A DNA stretch of 64,000 nt from Saccharolobus solfataricus P2. Its GTDB lineage: Archaea; Thermoproteota; Thermoprotei_A; Sulfolobales; Sulfolobaceae. The translations under genes and the position numbers were made by a program. Of the stretch, positions 45,837 to 58,400 are shown in pieces. The notes beneath the pieces were generated by a model. The model was not told the DNA's origin and made no database searches. It was given only the letters and a program-made list of their open reading frames with translations. Every line of letters starts with the position of its first letter. Position 1 is the first letter of the stretch. Location of the stretch: NCBI RefSeq assembly GCF_000007005.1, contig NC_002754.1. One strand, 5' to 3'.

Positions 45837-46370
45837 ATGGAGTCGCAGTTACCTAAATTCTTAAAGGAACCGGAGAAGTACTCTAGGTTGAGATTACTTG
45901 AGGCTCTGCAAGAGCTCTATTTAAGCATTGAAATGCTCAAAGAAGGCTATAGCAGGAACTCCGCAAGTAAATTATTCCTCTCATGGAAGGCGCTTTTAAG
46001 TTCAATCGTTGTTACAAATTTTGGCAAAATAATGGAAACGAAGAAGAAAGAAGGGAAGGAAGACGAGATAAAGTGGTACATGAGAATAGGATATTCTGCA
46101 CCTACTACTGGTCTAATAGGGATTGCAAGAGACCTTGAGAATCTCGGATTTAAAGGGTTAGTTAATCTAACAACCGCAATGCTGGGGATTCACAGATACG
46201 CATATAACGGTTTAGATGAGGATATAAGTCCTTTTCACAGTAGGAGTGAAGCAATAATATCAATAAAGGGGTTAATAAAAGCTGAAGTTGAAATAGTAGG
46301 CTCAATGAAATTTGGGGATGAAGAGAAAGAGCTCTTTGAGAAAATAAAGAGGGAATTGAACAACATCTGA
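45837..46370 (+). CDS. PaREP1 family (HEPN-like) protein
   Basis: LEALQEL...EGYSRNSASKLFLSWKAL, IHRYAYNG; 177 aa. Confidence 0.8.
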   Translation: MESQLPKFLKEPEKYSRLRLLEALQELYLSIEMLKEGYSRNSASKLFLSWKALLSSIVVTNFGKIMETKKKEGKEDEIKWYMRIGYSAPTTGLIGIARDLENLGFKGLVNLTTAMLGIHRYAYNGLDEDISPFHSRSEAIISIKGLIKAEVEIVGSMKFGDEEKELFEKIKRELNNI

Positions 46371-46475
46371 TGGGGAGTCTTATCTAATTTTCTTTTGATG
46401 CAAAATGTTAGCGTATAAATTAGAATAAAGGAATCAGATAACTAACATCGTATATTAGTATAATAACAACGTAAT

Positions 46476-46613
46476 TTATTTCTTCTCTTTCTCCTCTAAT
46501 TTTCTAAACTCCAATCTGATCTCACCAAACTTAATACCTCTACTCCTACCAATACCCAGATAAGATGACGCTAACAAATACATTAAGGCTCTCCTCTTTA
46601 ACTTTTCATCTGG
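46476..46613 (-). pseudogene. cas6: C-terminal fragment (45 codons) of a second cas6
   Basis: PDEKLKRRALMYLLASSYLGIGRSRGIKFGEIRLEFRKLEEKEKK*; begins exactly at an ISC1217 end. Confidence 0.8.
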
Positions 46614-46638
46614 TAGCATTTATCGGAAAATCCTGGCA

Positions 46639-47901
46639 TAGTATTTATAGGAAAATCGTTACACTTTTACGTTACATTAAAAATATATAACGAATCTTTC
46701 CCGGTTAGATGAGAAATGTTTATTGATAAGCTATATACTTCGTCAGACTTTAAAGAGCAAGATTTATATTTCATGAGTAATACTAAATTGTTATGCCGAA
46801 ATCCAGAATGCACGGTATAAGGCTCGACAAGAAACAAGAGGAAGAGAGGAGGATTAACGCTGTAAAAGATGTGAGGAACGGGATGAGTATAAAGGACGTT
46901 GCCAAGAAGTATGACGTCTCCATCTTTACCGTGTACAAGTGGTTGAGGAAAGGTGACCTGAGCGCTAAGCCGAGGAAGGGACCCACGAAACTGAAGGACG
47001 AGGAAAAGCTCGTCCGAATCTTAGAAAAGAGCCCAAGAGATTTCGGCTTGAACTACGATTTCTGGACCTTGAAGCTCATAGCGTATATACTTGACAAGGA
47101 ATTTGGGATAAAGTACAACCCGAGGAGTTTAAGCCCAGTCCTCAAGAAGTTAGGCTTCAAGTACAAGAAAGGAAAGAGAACTTACGTTAGAGACGATAAC
47201 GCTGTAGAAAGGTGGGTGAAGGAACAAGGGGAGAAGCTTTTAAAAAAATAAGAGAAGGGTACAAGGTACACATCTTCGATGAGTCGTACGTGTCCTACAT
47301 AAACAAGGGTAAAGGCTGGATGAAGGTCGGAGGAGGGATAAAGGTCAACCCTAAGAGGAAGAGGTTTGCAGTAGTAGGCGGGATAACGATTAGTAAAGAG
47401 GGAATAACTTTCTCCTATTCGACATACAAGAAGCCCTCGCTGAACTCAAAAGATATTATACTCTACTTGAGGAAGGTAATAAAGGACGAGAAGACCGTGA
47501 TAGTGATGGATAATGCTAGAATACACGGTAATGAAGTGAGGGAATTCCTTGAGGAAAATGGGGTGGAGTTTGTTTATCTGCCGCCTTACTCTCCGGATAA
47601 GAGTCCGGCGGAGGGGCCGTGGGCAGTCCTCAAGAAAAGGCTCTACTCGAAGATTTACACGGACTTCGAGACCTTAATGTGGGATGCAACGAGGTTCCTA
47701 CGCTCCATATCCAAGAGAGTAAATGACCTTACGTATAGTGTGAAGAGGTGCGGTGAACCTTGGACGTCAATACTGAGTGAAGTTTTCTTGCCCTTTAAAG
47801 TCTGACGAAGTATAATATTAAGAAGTACAATGAAAGATATTTATAAATACATGGATAAATATTTTGACTTTTTATGATAAGGGAATTTCCTAAAACTACT
47901 A
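46639..47901 (+). mobile_element. SM2-type MITE (184 bp once ISC1078 is removed)
   Basis: 16-bp imperfect TIR TAGTA.TT.TAGGAAA; 6-bp TSD CTGGCA. Confidence 0.85.
46736..47812 (+). mobile_element. IS630-family element (ISC1078-like); ORFs 46793-47251 and 47212-47805
   Basis: Perfect TIR TACTTCGTCAGACTTTAAAG, TA TSD, A7 slippery run between ORFs, FDES / MDNA / YSPDKSPAE. Confidence 0.92.
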
Positions 47902-48003
47902 CTGGCAGTTCAAGAGGCCCATAAAAACTTTTTAAAATTAGAGCCTTTAATTTTAGTATGACCAAAGAATTGACGAGGGAGCTTCCGGTATAAAAACCTT
48001 TCC

Positions 48004-48089
48004 GTGAAAATCGAGCATAGTACACACCTCAATGCTGGTATTGGGGTAAAGAACTGTTTGATCCAGTGAAAATCGAGCATAGTACACAC
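48004..48089 (+). repeat. 24-bp direct repeat GTGAAAATCGAGCATAGTACACAC x2 with a 38-bp interval
   Basis: Copies at 48004-48027 and 48066-48089, next to the IS110 3' end. Confidence 0.9.
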
Positions 48090-48115
48090 TACTTATTCAA
48101 GTGATGTCACCTGCT

Positions 48116-49144
48116 TTACTCGCTAGCATCAAAGGGCTTATTATAATACAGCACAGCCCAAGTAATAACAGCAAGCTTCCTGGCACAAGCAGTAATCAAC
48201 TTTTTACCCTTCAAATTCTCCTTGTGCTCCACATAAAACCGCTTAATAATAGGATTAACCTTGATAGCAGTTAAAGCTGCAAGATAGAAAGCCCTCCTCA
48301 AAACAGCATCACCCCTCCTAGATATGCCTCTCGATACAACACTCTTCCCACTGAATTCAACAAGAGGATCGAGACCACAGTAAGCGACAAACCTCTTCTT
48401 GTCACCAAAACGCTTAACATCACCAACCCTTGCTAAAATTATACAACCCAGCGTTCTTCCAATACCCGGAATCGTGAAGATCAAACTATCCTTAGGAACA
48501 AGATCCTCAAGCTCTTCCTCAATCTCCCTCTTCCTAACCTCAAGCCTCTCCAACTCATCCAAGAGGAATCTAACCTCAGATAATACTATATTATCCTCCC
48601 CCCTCAATACCTCATTCAAGTTCTTCTTGGACAAACTGTCCTTATAGCCTAGAAGTATTAAATCCCTCCTTAGCCTATTCTTAACCCTAACAATGCTCCT
48701 TGTGATAAAATCCCATTGGCTTGTTAACTCCTTAGCCTCACTCGTTGTAAACTCACTGCCCATACTTATAACTAGTTCAGCGAGCTTTTTATCATTCTTA
48801 TCACTCTTCTTACCCCTAATGTCCTTGAACTTCTTGAGTACGAGGGGATTAATAATCCTCACTAGTATTTTGGAAAAGTTCTTAGACTATGATCTAGTGA
48901 TATATCCTTTGCCTAAAGCTATAAACTTTCTGAAAGCACTAACGTCGTACTCTTTACCCAAGTACTTAGCCAAGTTGATGTGGTAAACTCCCGTACTTTC
49001 TATAGCAACTTTGCAACCCTTTGGCAAGACTTGCTTTACTCCTTCAAAACCTTGCTTATTATTTTGAAATTCATAGTATTTACCTTGGAAGTACACTACT
49101 AATTTATCTTTTGAAACATCTATTCCGGCGACTGGGGCCTCCAT
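48116..49144 (-). pseudogene. IS110-family recombinase (ISC1190/ISC1229-like) interrupted by SM1
   Basis: GIDVSK, AIESTG, KSDKND, IPGIG, GLDP..FSGK. Removing SM1 + GT restores YDVRII. Confidence 0.9.
48863..48941 (+). mobile_element. SM1-type MITE (copy 4)
   Basis: 79 bp, AC/AC flanks. Confidence 0.9.
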
Positions 49145-49300
49145 GTATACTCACCCTTATTCGGGCTTCAAGCCCAACTTCCGGTCCGAATTGGAGGAGG
49201 CCAAGCTCCCTCTCGAGCTCTAAGCCCAAGGAGATCAACGGCCTCAACCCCAGTCAGATCTGTAATACGCAGATCTGACTAATATGTTTTATATAAGGAG
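49145..49300 (-). ncRNA. Candidate IS110 bridge-RNA-like structured leader
   Basis: TATA-like 49287-49296, 11-bp hairpin 49252-49280, GAGGCC/GGCCTC stem, GGGCT/AGCCC stem upstream of the recombinase. Inference only. Confidence 0.45.
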
Positions 49301-49301
49301 A

Positions 49302-49929
49302 TAAGCTACAAGACAGTAGAGAGACTATACTTCCACCCTCACATCTTCATCATCCTCTACAACCTGCTCTCAAAGACCGTTGATGACCTTAAGATTGACG
49401 CGACCATGGACGGGTTGTTCCCCAGTAGTAACCAAGCATTACAAGAGTGAAAGAGAGAAATCCAGGGAAGAGATAAAGGAAGGGAGAACTTCGTATACTC
49501 CTTCTTCACCTTTGACTTAGGCAGTAACCTGATTGTCGCTTACGGTTATTCGCTTAAGAGTGAGAGGGAGGCTTATGAGATGGCCCTCGAAGTCCTGAGG
49601 GATCTTGCCGTTCGAGTGGACTCTTGAGAGCTGATAAGTACTACAAGTCTACACTGGATGACTTCCCTGATTCTGAGGTCTACTTGATACCTAAGTCTAA
49701 CGCCACGATCAAGGGAGGGAAAAGGTGGAGGGAGATGATATTGAGGTTCATGAGGAACCCACTGGAGTATTTGGAGGAGTATTTCAAGCGTGAGAGGGCT
49801 GAGTCTCTGATCTTCATTAAAAGGAGGACAAGGTGGATCATAAATAAGGTTAGGGAAGAGAGGATTCACTTGACGATCTTAGCGAGGGTCGCGATTCACA
49901 ATCTACTGTGGTCTAAAGCGTTAGGTTAA
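49302..49929 (+). pseudogene. Degraded DDE transposase C-terminal part (IS5-like)
   Basis: SYKTVERLY, IDAT, LRADKYY, PKSN, RERAES, IHNL across frameshifts. Confidence 0.65.
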
Positions 49930-50220
49930 AAATCCTGTAGGGGTTCAAAGAAATTCCCTTACCATAAAAAATTTTAATACTTGTTCATGAACTAATGAAT
50001 ATCACGAGTTTTATTCCTTAGTCTCACCAGTTACTAAAAAAAGATTTTCAGTTAACGAGAGGATCTTTCTTATATGTTTTTAACGTAACGTAAAAATGTA
50101 ACGATTTTCTTATAAGTGCTAATCCCGAGATGCTATATAAATTTAGAACCCATTAGACTAATTTGTCCCAGACTCCACTAACCACAATGCTTTAATTCTA
50201 TGTTTAAACATGAATTTTAA

Positions 50221-53200
50221 ATGAGGAGAATCTTCAAAGCAGAGCAGATTGAAGAGATGCTTAGTAATAGAAATAAGGTATTTATAGGAGGTCTACCTTT
50301 TAGTGGTAAAACTACCCTAATAAATAAATTTTATAATAAGCATAAAAATGAGGAAATACAATTTATTGAATTGCCTAAAAAATTCAACAGTACTGATGAA
50401 TTGAATGAATGGAAGAATAAAATAAAGGGAATTCGGAGGGGTATAATAGAAGGAAGAACTTACATAATAGAACTCTTATTAGGTAAGGTATCAATAGCTA
50501 CTACACCATCTCTTCAATCTCCCTATTTGGATTTTAGGGGAAATGCAGTAAGCATGAGGAGTATAGATGCTATTAAGAGAATATATAAAAATGGTATAAA
50601 GGATGATAAGGTAGTATCTAAGATTTTAATGTACTCAACTATTACTACGCCAAATTACTTTACAATCATACCTAAATTAGTAAATGAAGGGATCGAGTTA
50701 TATAAGCAAGGTAAGTTAGATAAGGTCTTAGAGATTGTATTAGGAGTAAAGAGATTGTACTCTTCATTTCCTAAAATAGATATAAATGGAGAGGATAGTA
50801 TAACTTATGCTTTAGGATCAGTCTTACCTAGGAATATAGATTTTAAAACAGCGTGGAGCGAGTTAAGTGAAACGTGGAAAGAGTTAGTATATTATAGGCT
50901 TGACTCCGCGTTAAGACTTCTGCCCGGTAGTGCAGAGAAAATCATTGGTCAAAAAGACATTAAACCTTTAGGAGATAAGGTAGAGGTAGTTGATATAGAA
51001 CCCTTTTTCGTAGATTTAGTTGAATGGGGGAAGTCGATTATTCTCGACGGTAATAATCTCTGTATAGTAGGTCCATTACGCTCTGCAAAATCTTCCCTAG
51101 CAAATTATATATATTCTATGGTTAATTCTAAAGATGTTTCTTTGTTAGATTATAATAATTACGATCTATTAAGCTTAGATAAGAAAATAAAATCTGAAAA
51201 TAAAAAATATATTGCAGTTCTCACTGACGATATTTTTTATTCGATTCCCGTAGAATGTAAAGTAATAGAATCGAGAAGTTATATTAAAGACTTCATTGAT
51301 TACCTTTATTTAAAGAATAATGTAAGACGCGTAAAAGGCGCTAACCCTAATGTGCCGATTCACTATTACTATCTTTATAAATTAAAATATAATATGTCCG
51401 ATGAACAAATATATAATGAGTACAAATCTGATATGAACAAATATATTACAAATACCATTTTCGGAAATAATAAAGAATTAATCAATAATTATCTCTCACT
51501 TCTAATTTTAGGTAAAAAATATTTACTACTACCTGTGAAAGTTAGTGAAATAGTATTGAATAGCCTTAACAAACAAATAGATAAAACTTTTATTAACTGG
51601 TTCTCAGTATTCGATTTTACAGACTATGATGTAGATGCAAATGAGGAAATGGAAAAGGCAGTATATGAGGCATTATATAAAGTAAGGGAAGAGCTCATAA
51701 GAGTAGTTAAGGAGAATAGATTTGAGGAAGATCTACTTAAAGTCTATTTCGACGCCATATCAAGGTATCCAACTGATAACGATACCAGAATCGACGAGTT
51801 TATAAAGACGGGATACGGACATTATTCTCCAATTGTGTACCTTCTACTTTATAATCCCGACATAATAGAGGAATTTAATTGGGATTTAGGTGAAAGAGTC
51901 AATCAAGCCTGCAGTTCATTAAAAAGTTTAGAGGATATAATCTGGAAGGGTATAACTAGTTCGAAAGATATTGTTGACAAATTATTGGAAGAAGTAATGA
52001 ATTTCGCTGAATATAAACCGTCAAATTACGCTAGTATTTATGAAATATTATCGTCTGAAAACGTTAATATAGAATGTTTAAGAAAGGCGTTTAACATATT
52101 AAAGTGGTATATAAGCACTCTAGATGATCGACTTGTATTCCTGAAATTTGAAAATAAGTTATATAATGTTATATTAAAGACAAAGGATGATAAGCTAATA
52201 AACTACTATTTGAAAATGAGTTTTAAAGGCACTACGCGAAGTGCCATATACATTAATCCTGAACACATCAGCAAAATTGCCGAAATTTCAGATAACGCCA
52301 GACTGGAAGCCTTACCTTTAGTAATACTAAATAAAGCGATTAACGACGAGAAGGAAATAGACAAGATTATTGATCCCATAGAAACTTATGCTGCATTGCT
52401 AGCAATTATGCGTTTGGAAATCGATGCAATAGCTGAAGGTAAGATAGAGACTATCATTAAGTATTATAGGTATCTAGATGAGCTTTATGATAAATTTGTT
52501 AAAAAAGATGTTAGGAAAATCGACGAAAAAGTATTATTTACGCTTTATGATATAGCTTTTGATTTGAATGTAAATGAAAAGAGAGAAATATTGGATTTCT
52601 TAGCTGAGGAGAAGGAATTTGTAGATTCCGGATACGGACTAATAATGTTTTACTATTATAAAGTTAAAGATAATTTAAAGGAAGTTCTTGACTACATTAC
52701 TACGTTAATTGAACCATATTATAATCTTTTAATAAAAATAAGGAGAATGTATAATGACGAGGACGTATATGAACTATTCGAAGCATATAAGATAAAATTA
52801 GCTAAGACACTTATCACTTCAAGATACGATTATAAGTTAGTGCTGCAGGATATAATTGACTTATTGTCAAAAGCTAATATAAGTGATAGGGCATTAAAAA
52901 GGAGAATATTAGGTGCGTATTATATATCGAAATTCTTGCTATACGGAGAAGCTAAGAAAATTAAAGTAAGGGGACCGGAAGAGATACTTTATAGGGTAGC
53001 ATTAGCATTAACCGGAAATGAAGAGATGAAAAAGGAGTTCTATAAAACTGTTGAAAATATGGAAATTAATGATAAACTAATAGTGGAAAATTTAGATTAT
53101 ACCTTAGAAAATTTAGCATCTAATGACTATTTAATACCAATATTGGAAATATACTTCTATCTAAAAGGTGATAATGAGAAGTTATCAAAAGTAATGAAAT

Positions 53201-53316
53201 ATGTTGAAAAAGAACTATTGGGAGTACCTACATTTATACTTCATAAGCTATTCAACGAAATTAATGTTAAAGGGAATAGGAATAAATATATTGCATCATT
53301 AATATTGTTTATATAA
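50221..53316 (+). CDS. Large protein with two P-loop-like motifs and a helical C-terminal half
   Basis: GGLPFSGKTT (aa ~22) and VGPLRSAKSS (aa ~283); 1031 aa. Confidence 0.75.
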   Translation: MRRIFKAEQIEEMLSNRNKVFIGGLPFSGKTTLINKFYNKHKNEEIQFIELPKKFNSTDELNEWKNKIKGIRRGIIEGRTYIIELLLGKVSIATTPSLQSPYLDFRGNAVSMRSIDAIKRIYKNGIKDDKVVSKILMYSTITTPNYFTIIPKLVNEGIELYKQGKLDKVLEIVLGVKRLYSSFPKIDINGEDSITYALGSVLPRNIDFKTAWSELSETWKELVYYRLDSALRLLPGSAEKIIGQKDIKPLGDKVEVVDIEPFFVDLVEWGKSIILDGNNLCIVGPLRSAKSSLANYIYSMVNSKDVSLLDYNNYDLLSLDKKIKSENKKYIAVLTDDIFYSIPVECKVIESRSYIKDFIDYLYLKNNVRRVKGANPNVPIHYYYLYKLKYNMSDEQIYNEYKSDMNKYITNTIFGNNKELINNYLSLLILGKKYLLLPVKVSEIVLNSLNKQIDKTFINWFSVFDFTDYDVDANEEMEKAVYEALYKVREELIRVVKENRFEEDLLKVYFDAISRYPTDNDTRIDEFIKTGYGHYSPIVYLLLYNPDIIEEFNWDLGERVNQACSSLKSLEDIIWKGITSSKDIVDKLLEEVMNFAEYKPSNYASIYEILSSENVNIECLRKAFNILKWYISTLDDRLVFLKFENKLYNVILKTKDDKLINYYLKMSFKGTTRSAIYINPEHISKIAEISDNARLEALPLVILNKAINDEKEIDKIIDPIETYAALLAIMRLEIDAIAEGKIETIIKYYRYLDELYDKFVKKDVRKIDEKVLFTLYDIAFDLNVNEKREILDFLAEEKEFVDSGYGLIMFYYYKVKDNLKEVLDYITTLIEPYYNLLIKIRRMYNDEDVYELFEAYKIKLAKTLITSRYDYKLVLQDIIDLLSKANISDRALKRRILGAYYISKFLLYGEAKKIKVRGPEEILYRVALALTGNEEMKKEFYKTVENMEINDKLIVENLDYTLENLASNDYLIPILEIYFYLKGDNEKLSKVMKYVEKELLGVPTFILHKLFNEINVKGNRNKYIASLILFI

Positions 53317-53761
53317 ATTTTCTATATTTTAATAAATTATAATGGAAATAATAGTTGTCCTTCCTCAGTCTCATCGAGCTGGTCTGAATTAAGGAGTCAC
53401 ACTCTTCTTTTCCATACAACTATAATGTATGCTATCCCATTATGAGTGATATAACTCACGTTGAGTAGAGGTATATGGTTTATCTTCTCTATTGAAGACG
53501 TGATTGAAAAATCCTGGGTAGTTGCGACGATTACGAATAGGTCTATTGCGTATTCGCTTAAGAAAGATCAAAACGGCTAATGCGAAATAGTTTATTCATC
53601 ATTTTATCTATTATATTAGTAAAGTGGGAAAAAATAATATCTCCGATTTAAAACCATTTCTCCAGATTTCATCAAATATTTATTCAGAGATAGCACTTTA
53701 CAAACTTTTCATGACAATCACTGCTCAGAATTTCACAATTTTTCTCCTTTCCTTACACTCC

Positions 53762-54901
<1,140 letters not shown>

Positions 54902-54959
54902 TTATATGAGAAAAAAAGTTAAAATTTTTTATTAGCTTTCACGATAACGATTACAACAG

Positions 54960-55465
54960 TTATTTGGTAAGAGCTGATGTATATAATCTTTTTGTATTTA
55001 TGCATATATGATAAAACTTATTCTTAATTCTCAGATAAACGATTTTCATTATATTGGCGGTTATTAATTGGGAAAACAAACGTGCTTAAAAAGCTGTTTA
55101 AAAAGATAATGGTGCCTTAAAATGAAAAATTTATAATTGAAGTCGGAATAGTAGTAAACGATTATTTACGTGATGTAACGGTTTTATGAAAGTAAAGAGA
55201 TAAAGAGAAAACCGGTTAAGTTCGTTTTCATGAAGTTGTTTAAAAGTGTGAAAGTTCGAGTCTCAATGCGACCGAAACGAATCTTTCTATAATAATTGAA
55301 CGTTTATAAATGATAGGGTGTATTTCAATTTAACATAAAATCCTTGCGACCAGAAATTGTTAAATTAATTACAACTAAAATTGGTCGCATGAAGAGTAAA
55401 GGGTAGTCATGAAGATTTATAAGTAAGAAAAGAGAAAGAAAGATAGGAAGTATAAAAACACAACA
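54960..55465 (+). promoter_or_regulatory. CRISPR leader
   Basis: AT-rich non-coding region before the first repeat; TTTATAA at ~55416; inverted repeat TGCGACCA (55345) / TGGTCGCA (55382). Confidence 0.85.
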
Positions 55466-58400
55466 GATTAATCCCAAAAGGAATTGAAAGGAACTAGCTT
55501 ATAGTTTAGAAGAAAACAAACAAATAATGATTAATCCCAAAAGGAATTGAAAGATTTTCAGCTGAAAATTTGAAATCTGTAGATTTGGATGGATTAATCC
55601 CAAAAGGAATTGAAAGTTCCAAAATTGATCTTCTATTGCGTCTTTTATTGCTTTTGATTAATCCCAAAAGGAATTGAAAGATTGTAGTCTTTATCAATCC
55701 ACGTTTCTCTAATCTTGGATTAATCCCAAAAGGAATTGAAAGAATTTTATACCGTCAATCTCTTCATTGTCGCCATAATCGATTAATCCCAAAAGGAATT
55801 GAAAGGTGCTTCGCACATCACTCATCTTCTCTCATCACCTTCGATTAATCCCAAAAGGAATTGAAAGAATGTATAAAGGTAACCAGGAGTTGTCCCACTT
55901 TCAGATTAATCCCAAAAGGAATTGAAAGATATTTACCTTACTCTTTTGGAGAAAGGTTATACGACGATTAATCCCAAAAGGAATTGAAAGTTTAGGATTG
56001 ACGATAAAGAAGATGTTATCGTTGGTGGATTAATCCCAAAAGGAATTGAAAGCGAACGTAGTTTGAACCTGGCGGTATGTAGACATTAGCTTGATTAATC
56101 CCAAAAGGAATTGAAAGAGACTTGATGTCGTCCTGTTGCCAATTAGCGAGGGCTTGATTAATCCCAAAAGGAATTGAAAGCTAATAAAGACGTTAGGATG
56201 TTTGCAGTTGCCTGATGACCAAGATTAATCCCAAAAGGAATTGAAAGCTGGACAGTATTCAATTTTAACTGCAATTAAACCTCTCTTGATTAATCCCAAA
56301 AGGAATTGAAAGCAAAATATATACCGGTCTAAAGGTTTCCTGTATCGCAGACCGATTAATCCCAAAAGGAATTGAAAGTGCGACTTGCAGTATCGCAGAT
56401 GCAACCATTTTTGCATGATTAATCCCAAAAGGAATTGAAAGTTAACTCCACTAGGTGAACAAGTCGTCAAATCTCAAATTGATTAATCCCAAAAGGAATT
56501 GAAAGTTCAGAATAGCTTAATGCCTCAAATGGTAGATTTGGAATACCAGATTAATCCCAAAAGGAATTGAAAGAAATCTATATCAAGTTGTAATTGGTGT
56601 CGACAATCAGCTAGATTAATCCCAAAAGGAATTGAAAGTTACAACTTGTTGTCCAAACTCCGTGAGTAAACGTATTTGATTAATCCCAAAAGGAATTGAA
56701 AGAAATTTGGGACATTAAAAAAAGCTAAACAACTTTTGAAGATTAATCCCAAAAGGAATTGAAAGAATTCAAACCCCGGATCAAGAGTTAAACCAAGATG
56801 AGATTAATCCCAAAAGGAATTGAAAGACAATTATTAACGCTTAATTTGCAAGGTATAATTTCTTCGATTAATCCCAAAAGGAATTGAAAGTTCAATATAT
56901 CATCAGGATTCATTTTTACAATTTTAGATTAATCCCAAAAGGAATTGAAAGACTTCTACATTTATGTTGACTCCCATCTTGCTCATATCTTGATTAATCC
57001 CAAAAGGAATTGAAAGACTGCTATTTTTAGTTTACGATTTAAGACTGGAGTTTTAGATTAATCCCAAAAGGAATTGAAAGTTATCATTCTGAGGTTTAGC
57101 TTTTTCTATTTTTTCTATGATTAATCCCAAAAGGAATTGAAAGATAACTAATTGACTTAACTTCTTTTTGTTTTCCTCGATTAGGATTAATCCCAAAAGG
57201 AATTGAAAGCTCGCTAACGTTCAAATCTTTCAATAATTTTTGCACGTGATTAATCCCAAAAGGAATTGAAAGATCTTTATTTTCATTTTCATATTCCCAC
57301 ACTAGGATGATGATTAATCCCAAAAGGAATTGAAAGATCAAATTTGCGGAAGAGCAGGAAGACCGGGATATGACGATTAATCCCAAAAGGAATTGAAAGG
57401 GTTTTCTGCCAACGACTGCAATAAAACCAAAAAGATTAATCCCAAAAGGAATTGAAAGGTATTTTCTAGAAAACCTCTCAGCTTTTTCTTGGACATGATT
57501 AATCCCAAAAGGAATTGAAAGTCCCCTCCCTCTTCCTGAGTTTCTTCTGGCGATTGTCCGATTAATCCCAAAAGGAATTGAAAGTTTATATAATCCTCAA
57601 CTGTAAATCTTGGGATTTTTTCATGATTAATCCCAAAAGGAATTGAAAGATATTGTGCAGTAGAATAAATTATAATTGCGATTGCAAGATTAATCCCAAA
57701 AGGAATTGAAAGATACAATAGACACTACATGCCTAGATGAAGAGAATAAGATTAATCCCAAAAGGAATTGAAAGACAGAAAAATGAAACCCCGCAACAAT
57801 ATTTCAATTCTTGATTAATCCCAAAAGGAATTGAAAGCATCTTTTTCCGTCGCTTTATATCACCTATGGACTCTTCAGATTAATCCCAAAAGGAATTGAA
57901 AGACCATACCCAACTTCTAACAACGTCGTTCTTAACAACGGATTAATCCCAAAAGGAATTGAAAGAGTAAATCAAAAAGCAAATAAGTCAGGGGTGGAGA
58001 ATTCGATTAATCCCAAAAGGAATTGAAAGTAACGTTTTTAGTTATGTCGTTATCTTCTTCGTTGATTAATCCCAAAAGGAATTGAAAGTTGTAGTTTGAA
58101 TGCGAAACCATTTGCTAAGATATTGATAATGGATTAATCCCAAAAGGAATTGAAAGCGTTATCACAGTTATATTTCTTCTTTAAAATATCATATGATTAA
58201 TCCCAAAAGGAATTGAAAGTTATCCAGACATTAAGCATGTTGTCGTAGAGGTAGCTGGATTAATCCCAAAAGGAATTGAAAGTACTTTTCCATCTTGAGG
58301 TATTGCGTTTAGTTGCACTGATTAATCCCAAAAGGAATTGAAAGTAATATTTTCCAGATTGTCTAAAATTCATCAAATTAGATTAATCCCAAAAGGAATT

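Larger units (their letters stand above)
46614..47982 (+). mobile_element. ISC1217 left-end fragment (to codon ~8) containing SM2, which contains ISC1078
   Basis: 46614-46638 is the reverse complement of 45437-45461; the left end resumes at 47902 and reads into MTKELTRE. Confidence 0.8.

Noticed and set aside
45437-46638. 25-bp inverted repeat apparently enclosing PaREP1 as a new cargo element
   Set aside because: Both arms are outward-facing left ends of two separate ISC1217 copies, and there is no TSD.
48004-48089. Mini-CRISPR interpretation of the 24-bp direct repeat
   Set aside because: Only two copies, no GAAA(G/C) end, no leader, and it abuts an IS110 end; kept only as an IS-related repeat.
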